Origin: an uncultured Acidobacteriaceae bacterium
Lineage (GTDB): Bacteria; Acidobacteriota; Terriglobia; Terriglobales; Acidobacteriaceae
Direction: 5' to 3'
Length of the DNA: 64,000 nucleotides
NCBI GenBank assembly: GCA_963768265.1
Contig: CAVYHM010000044.1
Location: 212,206 to 276,205, forward strand
A program made the translations under genes and the position numbers. The notes under the pieces were generated by a model that was given only the letters and a program-made list of their open reading frames with translations, made no database searches and was not told the origin of the DNA. Below, one piece after another: positions 22,597 through 30,800 of the stretch (positions are counted from its first letter, which is position 1; each line of letters begins with the position of its first letter).

Positions 22597-23379
22597 ATGC
22601 CGTTGATGCCCACCGCCGTATCCCGTCTTGCAGTCAACGTGGCTGCTCCCGTGGCTCGGGTCACCCTGCGCAATCCCCCGCTGAATGTAATCGACATTCC
22701 GATGATGGAGGAGTTGGCGCACTTTCTGGCGGAGCTTGACTCTCGGCCAGACGTTTCCGTAATCGTTCTGAGCGGCGACGGGAAAGCATTTTCAGCGGGC
22801 GTGGACGTGGCCGCGCATACTCCCGACAAAGTTGAGGAGATGCTGACGAAGTTCCACGTCGTGGTCCGGGCTCTGCTGGCAACGAAGAAAGTAACGGTTG
22901 CGACGGTTCATGGGCCCTGCTCGGGCGGGGGAGCAGAGTTGGCGATGGTTTGTGATATAGCGTTCACAACTGAGTCGGCCCAGTGGGGATTCCCGGAAAT
23001 CAAGCTCGGTTGCTATCCTCCGGTGGCGTGCACGGCTCTCGCGGTGCTCGTCGGCCAGAAACGGGCGGCAGAGCTGATTCTTACCGGACGCACAATCGGG
23101 GGCAAGGAGTGCGCGGACATCGGGTTGGCGACTCGTGCCGTGCCCGGGAACGAATTGACCGCCGCCGTCGAGGAGTGTGTGGGACATTTGCTCAGCCTGA
23201 GCCCAGCGGCCCTGGCAATCGCCAAGAAGGCCTCTTACGCCTGGGACTCCATGCACTTCGACAAGGGCCTCGCCCGGGCAGAAAAAATCTATTTCGAAGA
23301 GCTAATCAAGACGGCAGACTCGGGTGAAGGTGTCCGCGCGTTTATGGAGAAGCGCGCGCCCAGTTGGACCGGGAAATAA
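22597..23379 (+). CDS. Enoyl-CoA hydratase/isomerase (crotonase) family protein
   Basis: RVTLRNPPLNVID..., KAFSAGVDV, HGPCSGGGAELAMVCD, GFPEIKLGCYPPVA. Start chosen at ATG 22597 within TTG ORF 22567. Confidence 0.8.
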   Translation: MPLMPTAVSRLAVNVAAPVARVTLRNPPLNVIDIPMMEELAHFLAELDSRPDVSVIVLSGDGKAFSAGVDVAAHTPDKVEEMLTKFHVVVRALLATKKVTVATVHGPCSGGGAELAMVCDIAFTTESAQWGFPEIKLGCYPPVACTALAVLVGQKRAAELILTGRTIGGKECADIGLATRAVPGNELTAAVEECVGHLLSLSPAALAIAKKASYAWDSMHFDKGLARAEKIYFEELIKTADSGEGVRAFMEKRAPSWTGK

Positions 23380-23392
23380 CGCAGCACAACCT

Positions 23393-23716
23393 ATGGATTA
23401 CGAAATTACTCCCGAGGAAGTGAAGTCTAAGCTCGACGCGGGAGAGGAGTTTGTCCTGCTCGATGTTCGAGAACCCTGGGAATTCGAAACCGCCCGTATC
23501 GACGGTGCGAAGTTGATTCCTATGGGGGATGTGCCTTCGAGGGCGCATCAGGAACTCGATCCCGAGGGACCGATCGTGGTGCTCTGCCATCATGGCGTCC
23601 GTTCCATGAACGTTACGGTCTGGCTCCGCCAGCAGGGTTTCGAAAAAGCGCAGTCCATGCGGGGCGGCATCGATGCCTGGTCGCGTCGCGTAGACGGGAA
23701 AGTTCCGATGTATTAA
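23393..23716 (+). CDS. Single-domain rhodanese-like sulfurtransferase
   Basis: MDYEITPEEVKSKLDAGEEFVLLDVREPWEF... and active-site loop VVLCHHGVRS. Confidence 0.8.
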   Translation: MDYEITPEEVKSKLDAGEEFVLLDVREPWEFETARIDGAKLIPMGDVPSRAHQELDPEGPIVVLCHHGVRSMNVTVWLRQQGFEKAQSMRGGIDAWSRRVDGKVPMY

Positions 23717-23765
23717 GAGCGCCCCTACTTTGGCCGAGGAAAGCTAAGAGCTAAAGAGCCGCAAA

Positions 23766-24257
23766 GTGAAAAAAGAACTCGTCGACCTGAAAATCAACGG
23801 ACGGACCTATGAACTCGCCATCGAGTCGAGTGCACTGCTGCTCGATGTGTTGCGCCAGGAGTTACAACTGACAGGCTCGAAACGCGGCTGTGATGATTCG
23901 TCGTGCGGCGCTTGTACGGTGCTGGTCGATGGCATCGCCATGATGTCCTGCACTCTCCTGGCAGCAAGCTGCGAAGGGCGAGAGGTCACGACCGTCGAAG
24001 GAGTCAGTGAGAACGGCTGCCTGGCGGCGATTCAAAAAGCATACGGAGATTGGGGTGGCGCGCAGTGCGGATACTGCACGCCGGGTTTCATCATGACGGT
24101 AAAGTCGTTACTGGCGGAGAACCCGAACCCATCGGAAGAGGACGTTCGCGCCGCGCTCAGCAGTAATTTGTGCCGCTGCACCGGGTACAACCAGATGTAT
24201 GAAGCGATCCGCGCAGCGCTTGCAGCGGAGCGAAAGGAATTGGTCGGGGCTAAGTAA
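23766..24257 (+). CDS. (2Fe-2S)-binding small subunit of a xanthine-dehydrogenase-family molybdoenzyme (HcrC/CoxS-like)
   Basis: CDDSSCGACTV...C (plant-type cluster) and GAQCGYCTPGF...CRCTGY (second cluster). GTG start. Confidence 0.9.
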   Translation: MKKELVDLKINGRTYELAIESSALLLDVLRQELQLTGSKRGCDDSSCGACTVLVDGIAMMSCTLLAASCEGREVTTVEGVSENGCLAAIQKAYGDWGGAQCGYCTPGFIMTVKSLLAENPNPSEEDVRAALSSNLCRCTGYNQMYEAIRAALAAERKELVGAK

Positions 24258-24278
24258 TGTCGTGTAAGGAAAATGAAA

Positions 24279-24318
24279 GCAGATTCCTCTCCTTCGCTTC
24301 GCTCAGGGTCGGAATGGC
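24279..24318. repeat. Intergenic repeat family A copy
   Basis: gcagattcctctccttcgcttcgctcagggtcggaatggc lies between the small and large Mo-enzyme subunit genes. It matches 6946-6979. Confidence 0.6.
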
Positions 24319-24332
24319 ACACCTAAGATGAG

Positions 24333-26915
24333 ATGAAACACGACTTTTCCATCATCGGCAAGCCTACTGCCATGATCGATGCGGCGGAGAAGACCACCGG
24401 CGCTGGCAAGTACACCGATGATCTGCGCCTGCCCGGCATGCTGGTCGGTAAGATTCTGCACTCGCCTTATCCCCACGCCCGGCTGAGACGCATCGACGCG
24501 AGCCGCGCAGAGAAACTCGAAGGAGTAGTCGCCGTTGTCGTCGGCAAAGACGCGCCTAACCCCTACGGCATTCTTCCCGTCGGCCACGACGAGCATGCTC
24601 TTGCGCTCGACAAAGTTCGCTATGTTGGCGACAACGTTGCCTGCGTCGTTGCTGTTTCGGAGGCTGTTGCCGAATCAGCCCTGGAACTCATCGACGTCGA
24701 CTATGAGGTCCTTCCGGCCTACTTTGATCCAGAACAGGCGATGAAGGCCATAACAGTCCTCATCCACGACAACAAGCCCGGCAACATCGAGAAGGACTAT
24801 CACCACGTCTTCGGCGATCCCGATCGCGGTTTCGCGGATGCCGATCACGTGGCCGAAGCCCGCTTCATAGCCAATGAGGTCACGCACGCGGCCATGGAGC
24901 CGCATTCCACCCTGGCCTCGTTCGAAATCGATCCGCACAGTGGAAAGCCCGGACGCCTCACCGTCTGGTCGTCGACGCAAGTCCCTTACTACCTTCAGCA
25001 CAAACTTTCCCTCGTACTCGAAATGCCGATGGCGCAGATTCGCGTGATCAAGCCGCTGGTCGGCGGCGGCTTCGGCGGGAAGAGCGAGGTCATTCCGCTC
25101 GAAATCATCGCCGCCGTGGCTGCGCGGAAAGCCAAGGCTCCGGTCAGGATCACTTACACTCGCGAGGAAGTGTTCTGGGCACATCGAGGACGTCCGCGCA
25201 CCATCATCGATCTGAAAACCGGCGTGAAGAAAGATGGCCGCATCAGCGCCGTGAAGGCTCGAGTGGTGCAGGACGGCGGCGCCTACTGCTCCTACGGTGT
25301 GGTGACGATTCTCTATTCCGGCGCGCTGCTCGGCGCGCTCTACGATATTCCAAACATTCAGTACGACGGATACCGCGTGCTGACCAACAAACCCGCCTGT
25401 GGCGCGATGCGCGGCCACGGCACGGTGAACGTGCGCTTCGCGTTCGAATCGCAACTCGATGAACTCGCAGCCACGATTGGCATGGACCCCGCTGAAATTC
25501 GCCAGCGCAATCTATTGCAGCCGCCCTGTATCACGGTCAACGGCCTGCGCGTGCAGAGCTACGGTTTGCCCGAGTGCATTGAGAAAACGGTCGAGCGCTC
25601 GGGCTGGAAGGAGCGCCACGGCAAACTGCCCGCAGGACGCGGCCTTGGCATCGCGTGCAGTCATTACGTCAGCGGCGCCGCGAATTCTATTATTCGCTCC
25701 GATATGCCGCATTCCACGGTCAACATCAAGATCGACCGCGACGGTGGGGTTGTGGTGTACACCGGCGCCTCGGAAATCGGGCAGGGCTCAGACACGATGA
25801 CGGCTCAGATCGCGGCCGAAGCGCTGGGATGTTCGCTTTCTCGCGTGCGCGTCATCGCCGCCGATACTGATCTGACGCCCATCGACATTGGTTCGTACTC
25901 CAGCCGGGTTACGTTCATGGCGGGGAACGCTACGCTGCGTGCGGCTGGGGAAGTGAAGAAGCTGATTGCGGCTGCGGCGGCTAAGAAGATGGGATGCACT
26001 CTCGCGAACCTGACCTTTCGCAACGATCGAGTGTTCAGGAGAGATGTTGCTGCATCTTCGTGGTCAGAGTTGGCGGACATGAGTGTCCGCCCCACACAAC
26101 ACGAAACCTCGGTCAGTGGCCGCGTCGAAGGCCAGATTCTGCGCGGATCCCTGCAGCAGAAACGCAAGGACGAAGGGCCCAAAGATTGGATGACTTTCGA
26201 AGAGGCAGTCGTTGCGGCGATCGATTTTCACGGAGCCCTCACAGGAACCGGATCGTATGCTCCTCCGGCGGAAGCTCGCGGCGGCAAACACAAGGGCGGG
26301 GGCGTGGGGCCCTCGCCTGCTTACTCTTACTCGGCCCAGGTCGCCGAGGTCAGCGTCGATCAGGAAACCGGAGAAGTCACGGTACACAAGGTCTGGGCCG
26401 CGCACGACTGCGGCCGGGCTCTGAATCCGGTTTCCGTCGAAGGCCAGATCATTGGCTCCGTCTGGATGGGCATGGGGCAGGCCCTCACTGAAGAGATGGT
26501 CTGGAAAGACGGCATGCTCATGAACCCGGGGCTGCTCGAATATCGCAGTCCTTCGTCGGTGGAGTCTCCGACGGTCGAACCGATCATCGTCGAAAGCATC
26601 GATCCCGAGGGTCCTTTCGGCGCGAAGGAGTGCAGCGAGGGGTCGCTGGCCGCAACCATTCCTGCCATCGCAAATGCCATTTACGATGCAGTTGGAGTGC
26701 GCTTGCATGAGTCGCCGTTCACTCCGGAAAGGGTGCTGGCGGCCCTGCGCGCAAAAAAGAATGCCAAGGCGTTAGACCTGACCGAGGGGATTGACCCGAC
26801 TGCGCCCACCCGTTTTCGGGAACATGGGGGATCGCTCTGCTTCGACGGCAAAGGACCACATCGACACGCACTCGATCCTTCGCGGCGTGAAGCATCCATC
26901 GGAGGCGCGGATTGA
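24333..26915 (+). CDS. Molybdopterin-binding large subunit, xanthine dehydrogenase family (HcrA/CoxL-like), with an internal insertion and a C-terminal tail
   Basis: 860 aa. It has the aldehyde oxidase/XDH a/b hammerhead N-terminus (GKPTAMIDAAEKTTGAGKYTDD), GGGFGGK, and C-terminal ECSEGSL (active-site Glu region). Confidence 0.85.
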   Translation: MKHDFSIIGKPTAMIDAAEKTTGAGKYTDDLRLPGMLVGKILHSPYPHARLRRIDASRAEKLEGVVAVVVGKDAPNPYGILPVGHDEHALALDKVRYVGDNVACVVAVSEAVAESALELIDVDYEVLPAYFDPEQAMKAITVLIHDNKPGNIEKDYHHVFGDPDRGFADADHVAEARFIANEVTHAAMEPHSTLASFEIDPHSGKPGRLTVWSSTQVPYYLQHKLSLVLEMPMAQIRVIKPLVGGGFGGKSEVIPLEIIAAVAARKAKAPVRITYTREEVFWAHRGRPRTIIDLKTGVKKDGRISAVKARVVQDGGAYCSYGVVTILYSGALLGALYDIPNIQYDGYRVLTNKPACGAMRGHGTVNVRFAFESQLDELAATIGMDPAEIRQRNLLQPPCITVNGLRVQSYGLPECIEKTVERSGWKERHGKLPAGRGLGIACSHYVSGAANSIIRSDMPHSTVNIKIDRDGGVVVYTGASEIGQGSDTMTAQIAAEALGCSLSRVRVIAADTDLTPIDIGSYSSRVTFMAGNATLRAAGEVKKLIAAAAAKKMGCTLANLTFRNDRVFRRDVAASSWSELADMSVRPTQHETSVSGRVEGQILRGSLQQKRKDEGPKDWMTFEEAVVAAIDFHGALTGTGSYAPPAEARGGKHKGGGVGPSPAYSYSAQVAEVSVDQETGEVTVHKVWAAHDCGRALNPVSVEGQIIGSVWMGMGQALTEEMVWKDGMLMNPGLLEYRSPSSVESPTVEPIIVESIDPEGPFGAKECSEGSLAATIPAIANAIYDAVGVRLHESPFTPERVLAALRAKKNAKALDLTEGIDPTAPTRFREHGGSLCFDGKGPHRHALDPSRREASIGGAD

Positions 26916-27946
26916 GCTTGCCCACGTTCAAGCTATTGCGCCCGCGGTCGGTCGGCGAAGCCGTTGAAATTCTGGCGGGACGCACTGCTCGTGTGGCCGC
27001 GGGCGACTCGCCCGCGCAGGCGACCCGCATTATCGCCGGTGGCACGGACCTGATCCCCTCGATGCGGCAGAAGCTGTTTGAGCCAGGGTACGTTCTCGAT
27101 CTGTCCGGAATCACTACGTTACGCGGAATTTCTCCCCTCCCCGATGGTGGCGTCGAAATCGGGGCGTTGACCACGCTGCGGGCCATCGAACGCTCAGCCT
27201 TCCTGCGCCAGCACTATGCTGTTCTCGCAGAAGCCGCGGCCACTGTTGCCTCACCCGTGTTGCGCAACATGGGGACGATTGGCGGCAACATCTGTCTCGA
27301 CACGCGCTGTCTCTGGTACAACCAGTCGCTTACCTGGCGCAAGGGATGTGGCTTCTGCATCAAGAAAGATGGCGACCTCTGCCATGTTGCCCCGGGCGGC
27401 ACCAAGTGCTGGGCCGCATTTTCCGGCGACACGCCTGCTGCGCTGCTCTGCCTGAATGCCGAGATCGAAATCGCGAGCGCTTCTGGGCTGCGCCGCGTGC
27501 CGCTGCACGAGTTCTACACCGGGCTGGGCGACGACTATCGCAAGCTGAAGCCGAACGAGATTGTCACCCGCGTGCTTCTGCCCGCGTCCTCTGCCGACTA
27601 TCGCGGTGTGTACCGCAAGTTACGGGTTCGCGGATCGATCGACTACCCGCTGGCTGGAGTTGCAGTGGTCATGAAGCGCTCGAATGGCCATATAGCCGAT
27701 GCCCGCATCGGCATTACTGCAGTCAATCCCGCTCCTGTGCTGGTGAAGGGAGCAGGCGAGTTGCTCTCAGGCAAGGTCGTCGACGAAATCCTCGCCGAAG
27801 CCGCTGGAGACTTGGCGGCGAAGACCGCAAAGCCGCTCACTACTTCTGCCCTCACGCCCGAGTACCGCCGCGAGATGATTCGCGTATTTACGAAGAGGGC
27901 AGTGATGGCGTGCGCCCAAGTGGCCGGTCGGACTGATCGAAATTAG
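26912..27946 (+). CDS. FAD-binding medium subunit (HcrB/CoxM-like) with an extra Cys-rich [4Fe-4S]-type loop
   Basis: The TTG start overlaps the upstream stop (TTGA). It has the AGGTDL FAD motif and the insertion NICLDTRCLWYNQSLTWRKGCGFCIKKDGDLCHVAPGGTKCW. Confidence 0.8.
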   Translation: MSLPTFKLLRPRSVGEAVEILAGRTARVAAGDSPAQATRIIAGGTDLIPSMRQKLFEPGYVLDLSGITTLRGISPLPDGGVEIGALTTLRAIERSAFLRQHYAVLAEAAATVASPVLRNMGTIGGNICLDTRCLWYNQSLTWRKGCGFCIKKDGDLCHVAPGGTKCWAAFSGDTPAALLCLNAEIEIASASGLRRVPLHEFYTGLGDDYRKLKPNEIVTRVLLPASSADYRGVYRKLRVRGSIDYPLAGVAVVMKRSNGHIADARIGITAVNPAPVLVKGAGELLSGKVVDEILAEAAGDLAAKTAKPLTTSALTPEYRREMIRVFTKRAVMACAQVAGRTDRN

Positions 27947-27966
27947 TTTTCGTGAAGGAGAGAAAC

Positions 27967-28467
27967 ATGACTCGTTACCATATCGCTCAGGTTAACATTG
28001 GGCGAGTGAGAGCCCCGATCGGGGACCCGCTGATGGCCGGATTTGTTGCGCGCCTGGACGATCTCAACGCGCTCGCGGATCACAGTCCCGGATTTGTCTG
28101 GCGTCTGCAAACATCAGAAGGAAACGCGACGTACTTTCGGCCCTATGATGACGAGCGAATCCTGATGAACATGTCAGTCTGGGAGACGATTGACGCACTC
28201 CGACACTACGTCTACCAGACGGTCCATGCGGAGCTGCTCCGGCAGCGACACGACTGGTTCGAAAAGTTCACAGGCACGTATACCGCTTTGTGGTGGGTGC
28301 CCGCCGGTCATCGCCCGGGAATCGACGAGGCGAGGAAGCGTCTGGCCCACCTGGAAAAGCACGGGCCAACGGAATTCGCTTTCTCCTTCAAAACGACTTT
28401 TCAACCGGATGCGCGATTTCAGCAGGCCATCGACTGGGTGTCGTTTCAGCCTTGTCCAGCCGCATAG
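27967..28467 (+). CDS. DUF3291 domain protein
   Basis: MTRYHIAQVNIGRVRAPIGDPLMAGFVARLDDLNALADHSPGFVWRLQ, the typical DUF3291 N-terminus (from memory). An AAGGAG lies 7 nt upstream of ATG 27967. Confidence 0.65.
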   Translation: MTRYHIAQVNIGRVRAPIGDPLMAGFVARLDDLNALADHSPGFVWRLQTSEGNATYFRPYDDERILMNMSVWETIDALRHYVYQTVHAELLRQRHDWFEKFTGTYTALWWVPAGHRPGIDEARKRLAHLEKHGPTEFAFSFKTTFQPDARFQQAIDWVSFQPCPAA

Positions 28468-28545
28468 GCCGTGTGTCGCCAAAATGCGGTGAATCCTAGG
28501 GCAGCTGATAGAATTCCGGCCTGAGAGACCGGACCCCAACCACTT

Positions 28546-29388
28546 GTGATCACCGACTGCCACATCCATATCCAGCCGATAGAGATGTTCAAGGCCGACG
28601 CGCTTGAGCTCATGAAACGGAAGCGGCCGAACTTCGACCAGATCGTCGAGTTCTGCCGCTCACCCAAGGCCTTCCTCAAGTTTCTGGACGCGAGCGGCCT
28701 CGACCGAGCGATGCTGATCAACTACGTGGCGCCGGAAGTAATCGGCTTCACCAACGGGGTAAATCAGTTCGTCGCCGACTATGTAAAGGAAGATCCAACC
28801 AGACTGCTCTCGTGTGGCAGCCTGCATCCGCGGCACACCACCAACGTCTTGGCCGATGTGGAGCAGATTTTGCGGCTGGGACTGAAGATGATCAAGATTC
28901 ATCCGCCGCACCAATTGCTGTTTCCCAATGACTATCTCAGCGGCGTCAAAGAGCTCGAGATCATCTATCGCGCGGCGGAGGCCAACGGTGTGCCCGTAAT
29001 GTTCCACACCGGAACCTCGATTTTTCCGGGTGCCCGCAACAAGTATGGCGATCCGATCTATGTCGACGATGTCGCGGTCGATTTCCCCAAGCTGAAGATC
29101 TTGCTGGCCCACGGCGGCCGCCCGCTCTGGATGCAGACCGCGTTCTTTCTCGTGCGCCGGCACCCTAACGTCTATCTCGATATCAGTGGAATTCCGCCCA
29201 AGACCCTGCTCAAGTATTTTCCTCGTCTGGAAGAAATCGCTCACAAGACGCTGTTCGGCACAGACTGGCCGGGTCCCGGCGTGCCCGACATCAAGAAAAA
29301 TCTCGACGAATTCCGCGCTCTTGCTTTGCCTGAGAACGTCCAGCGACAGATTCTCAGCGAAACTGCGCTAGGGATCTGGCCAGCCTGA
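28546..29388 (+). CDS. Amidohydrolase_2 (PF04909-type) metal-dependent hydrolase/decarboxylase
   Basis: N-terminal DCHIHI metal motif, later HPPHQ, FHTG, LAHGG and GTDWP. GTG start. Confidence 0.7.
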   Translation: MITDCHIHIQPIEMFKADALELMKRKRPNFDQIVEFCRSPKAFLKFLDASGLDRAMLINYVAPEVIGFTNGVNQFVADYVKEDPTRLLSCGSLHPRHTTNVLADVEQILRLGLKMIKIHPPHQLLFPNDYLSGVKELEIIYRAAEANGVPVMFHTGTSIFPGARNKYGDPIYVDDVAVDFPKLKILLAHGGRPLWMQTAFFLVRRHPNVYLDISGIPPKTLLKYFPRLEEIAHKTLFGTDWPGPGVPDIKKNLDEFRALALPENVQRQILSETALGIWPA

Positions 29389-29556
29389 GTTCGGCTGCTT
29401 CGTTAGTTCTACTTCGGCTTCCAGCTGGTGTTGCGAATCCAGTAACCGTTGGGTCTTGGAGAGTCGTGCGGATTTCAGGTATAAAAGAGAATTACACCCG
29501 GACGCTGCGGGTCGGGCCGTCCGGCAACGAGAATCCAGCCCCTAGGCGAAAAACGA

Positions 29557-30702
29557 ATGTCGAGCGTCACCACAAATCTTGCTCCCAAGGGACTTGAGGG
29601 CGTCGTTGCCACCACATCCCGGATTTGCTACATCGACGGGGATCGCGGCGTCCTTGCATACCGTGGCATCGATATCCACGAACTCGCGCACCAGTCAAAT
29701 TTCGAAGAGACCTGCTATCTGCTCTGGTTCGGCAAGCTGCCCACGAGCCGCGAGTTGCGCGAGTTGCATGATCGCCTGGCGGAAGAGCGAAAGCTGGATG
29801 CCTCCATAATTTCTTTACTGCGTGCAGCCCCGCGTCACGCGCTCCCCATGGATGTGCTGCGCACCGCGGTTTCGGCGCTGTCTTTCTACGACCCGCAAGA
29901 GAGGAATAACGATCGCACGGCCAATATCGACAAGGCGATTCGCCTGACCTCGCAGATCGCAATGATTGTCGCGGCTTATGACCGCATCCGCAAAGGACAA
30001 CCGGTGGTCGAGCCCGACCGTACGTTGTCCCATGCTGCGAACTTTCTGCTCCTGCTTAACGGTAAGAATCCGAGTGCGACGGCCGAGAGAGCCCTCGACA
30101 TCGCGCTGATCCTCCATGCCGACCACGAGCTCAATGCCTCCACTTTTGCCGCCCGGGTGACGGCCGCCACTTTGTCCGACATGCACTCCGCCATCACTTC
30201 CGCAATCGGCGCGCTCAAGGGACCCTTGCACGGAGGCGCGAACGAAGCGGTCTTTCGCATTCTCGAAGCGATCGACTCCTCCGGCGCCGATCCCATCGAG
30301 TACGTCAAGGGTATGTTGGCGCAGAAGAAAAAAGTGCCCGGCTTTGGCCATCGGGTTTACCACACTGAAGACCCGCGCGCGACGCACCTGCGTGCCATGT
30401 CCCGCGAGTTGGGCAACTCCAGCGGACAAGCCAAGTGGTTTGAGATTTCCCACAAAATCGAAGAGTTCGTGAAGGCCGACAAGAAACTGAACGCCAACGT
30501 CGACTTCTACTCTGCTTCCACTTATCACACGCTCGGTATCGACGTGGATCTATTCACCCCCATCTTCGCCGTCTCCCGCATCAGCGGGTGGGCCGCTCAC
30601 GTTATCGAGCAACTCGACGATAACCGCCTGATCCGTCCTCGCGCCGATTACCTGGGTCCGGAATATCCGGCCGCCTACGTGCCGATCGATCAGCGCTCGT
30701 GA
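29557..30702 (+). CDS. Citrate synthase (or 2-methylcitrate synthase) type enzyme
   Basis: GPLHGGANE, PGFGHRVY and NVDFYS motifs. 381 aa. Confidence 0.9.
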   Translation: MSSVTTNLAPKGLEGVVATTSRICYIDGDRGVLAYRGIDIHELAHQSNFEETCYLLWFGKLPTSRELRELHDRLAEERKLDASIISLLRAAPRHALPMDVLRTAVSALSFYDPQERNNDRTANIDKAIRLTSQIAMIVAAYDRIRKGQPVVEPDRTLSHAANFLLLLNGKNPSATAERALDIALILHADHELNASTFAARVTAATLSDMHSAITSAIGALKGPLHGGANEAVFRILEAIDSSGADPIEYVKGMLAQKKKVPGFGHRVYHTEDPRATHLRAMSRELGNSSGQAKWFEISHKIEEFVKADKKLNANVDFYSASTYHTLGIDVDLFTPIFAVSRISGWAAHVIEQLDDNRLIRPRADYLGPEYPAAYVPIDQRS

Positions 30703-30800
30703 TCGTTGGGACATTGCTTTGCTGGCGGGCATGCCGAATGATGGTGAGAGAGTCGTTGCAAGCAACGTCTCTACGGCGGCGGTCCACAGCGTAAAATAAA

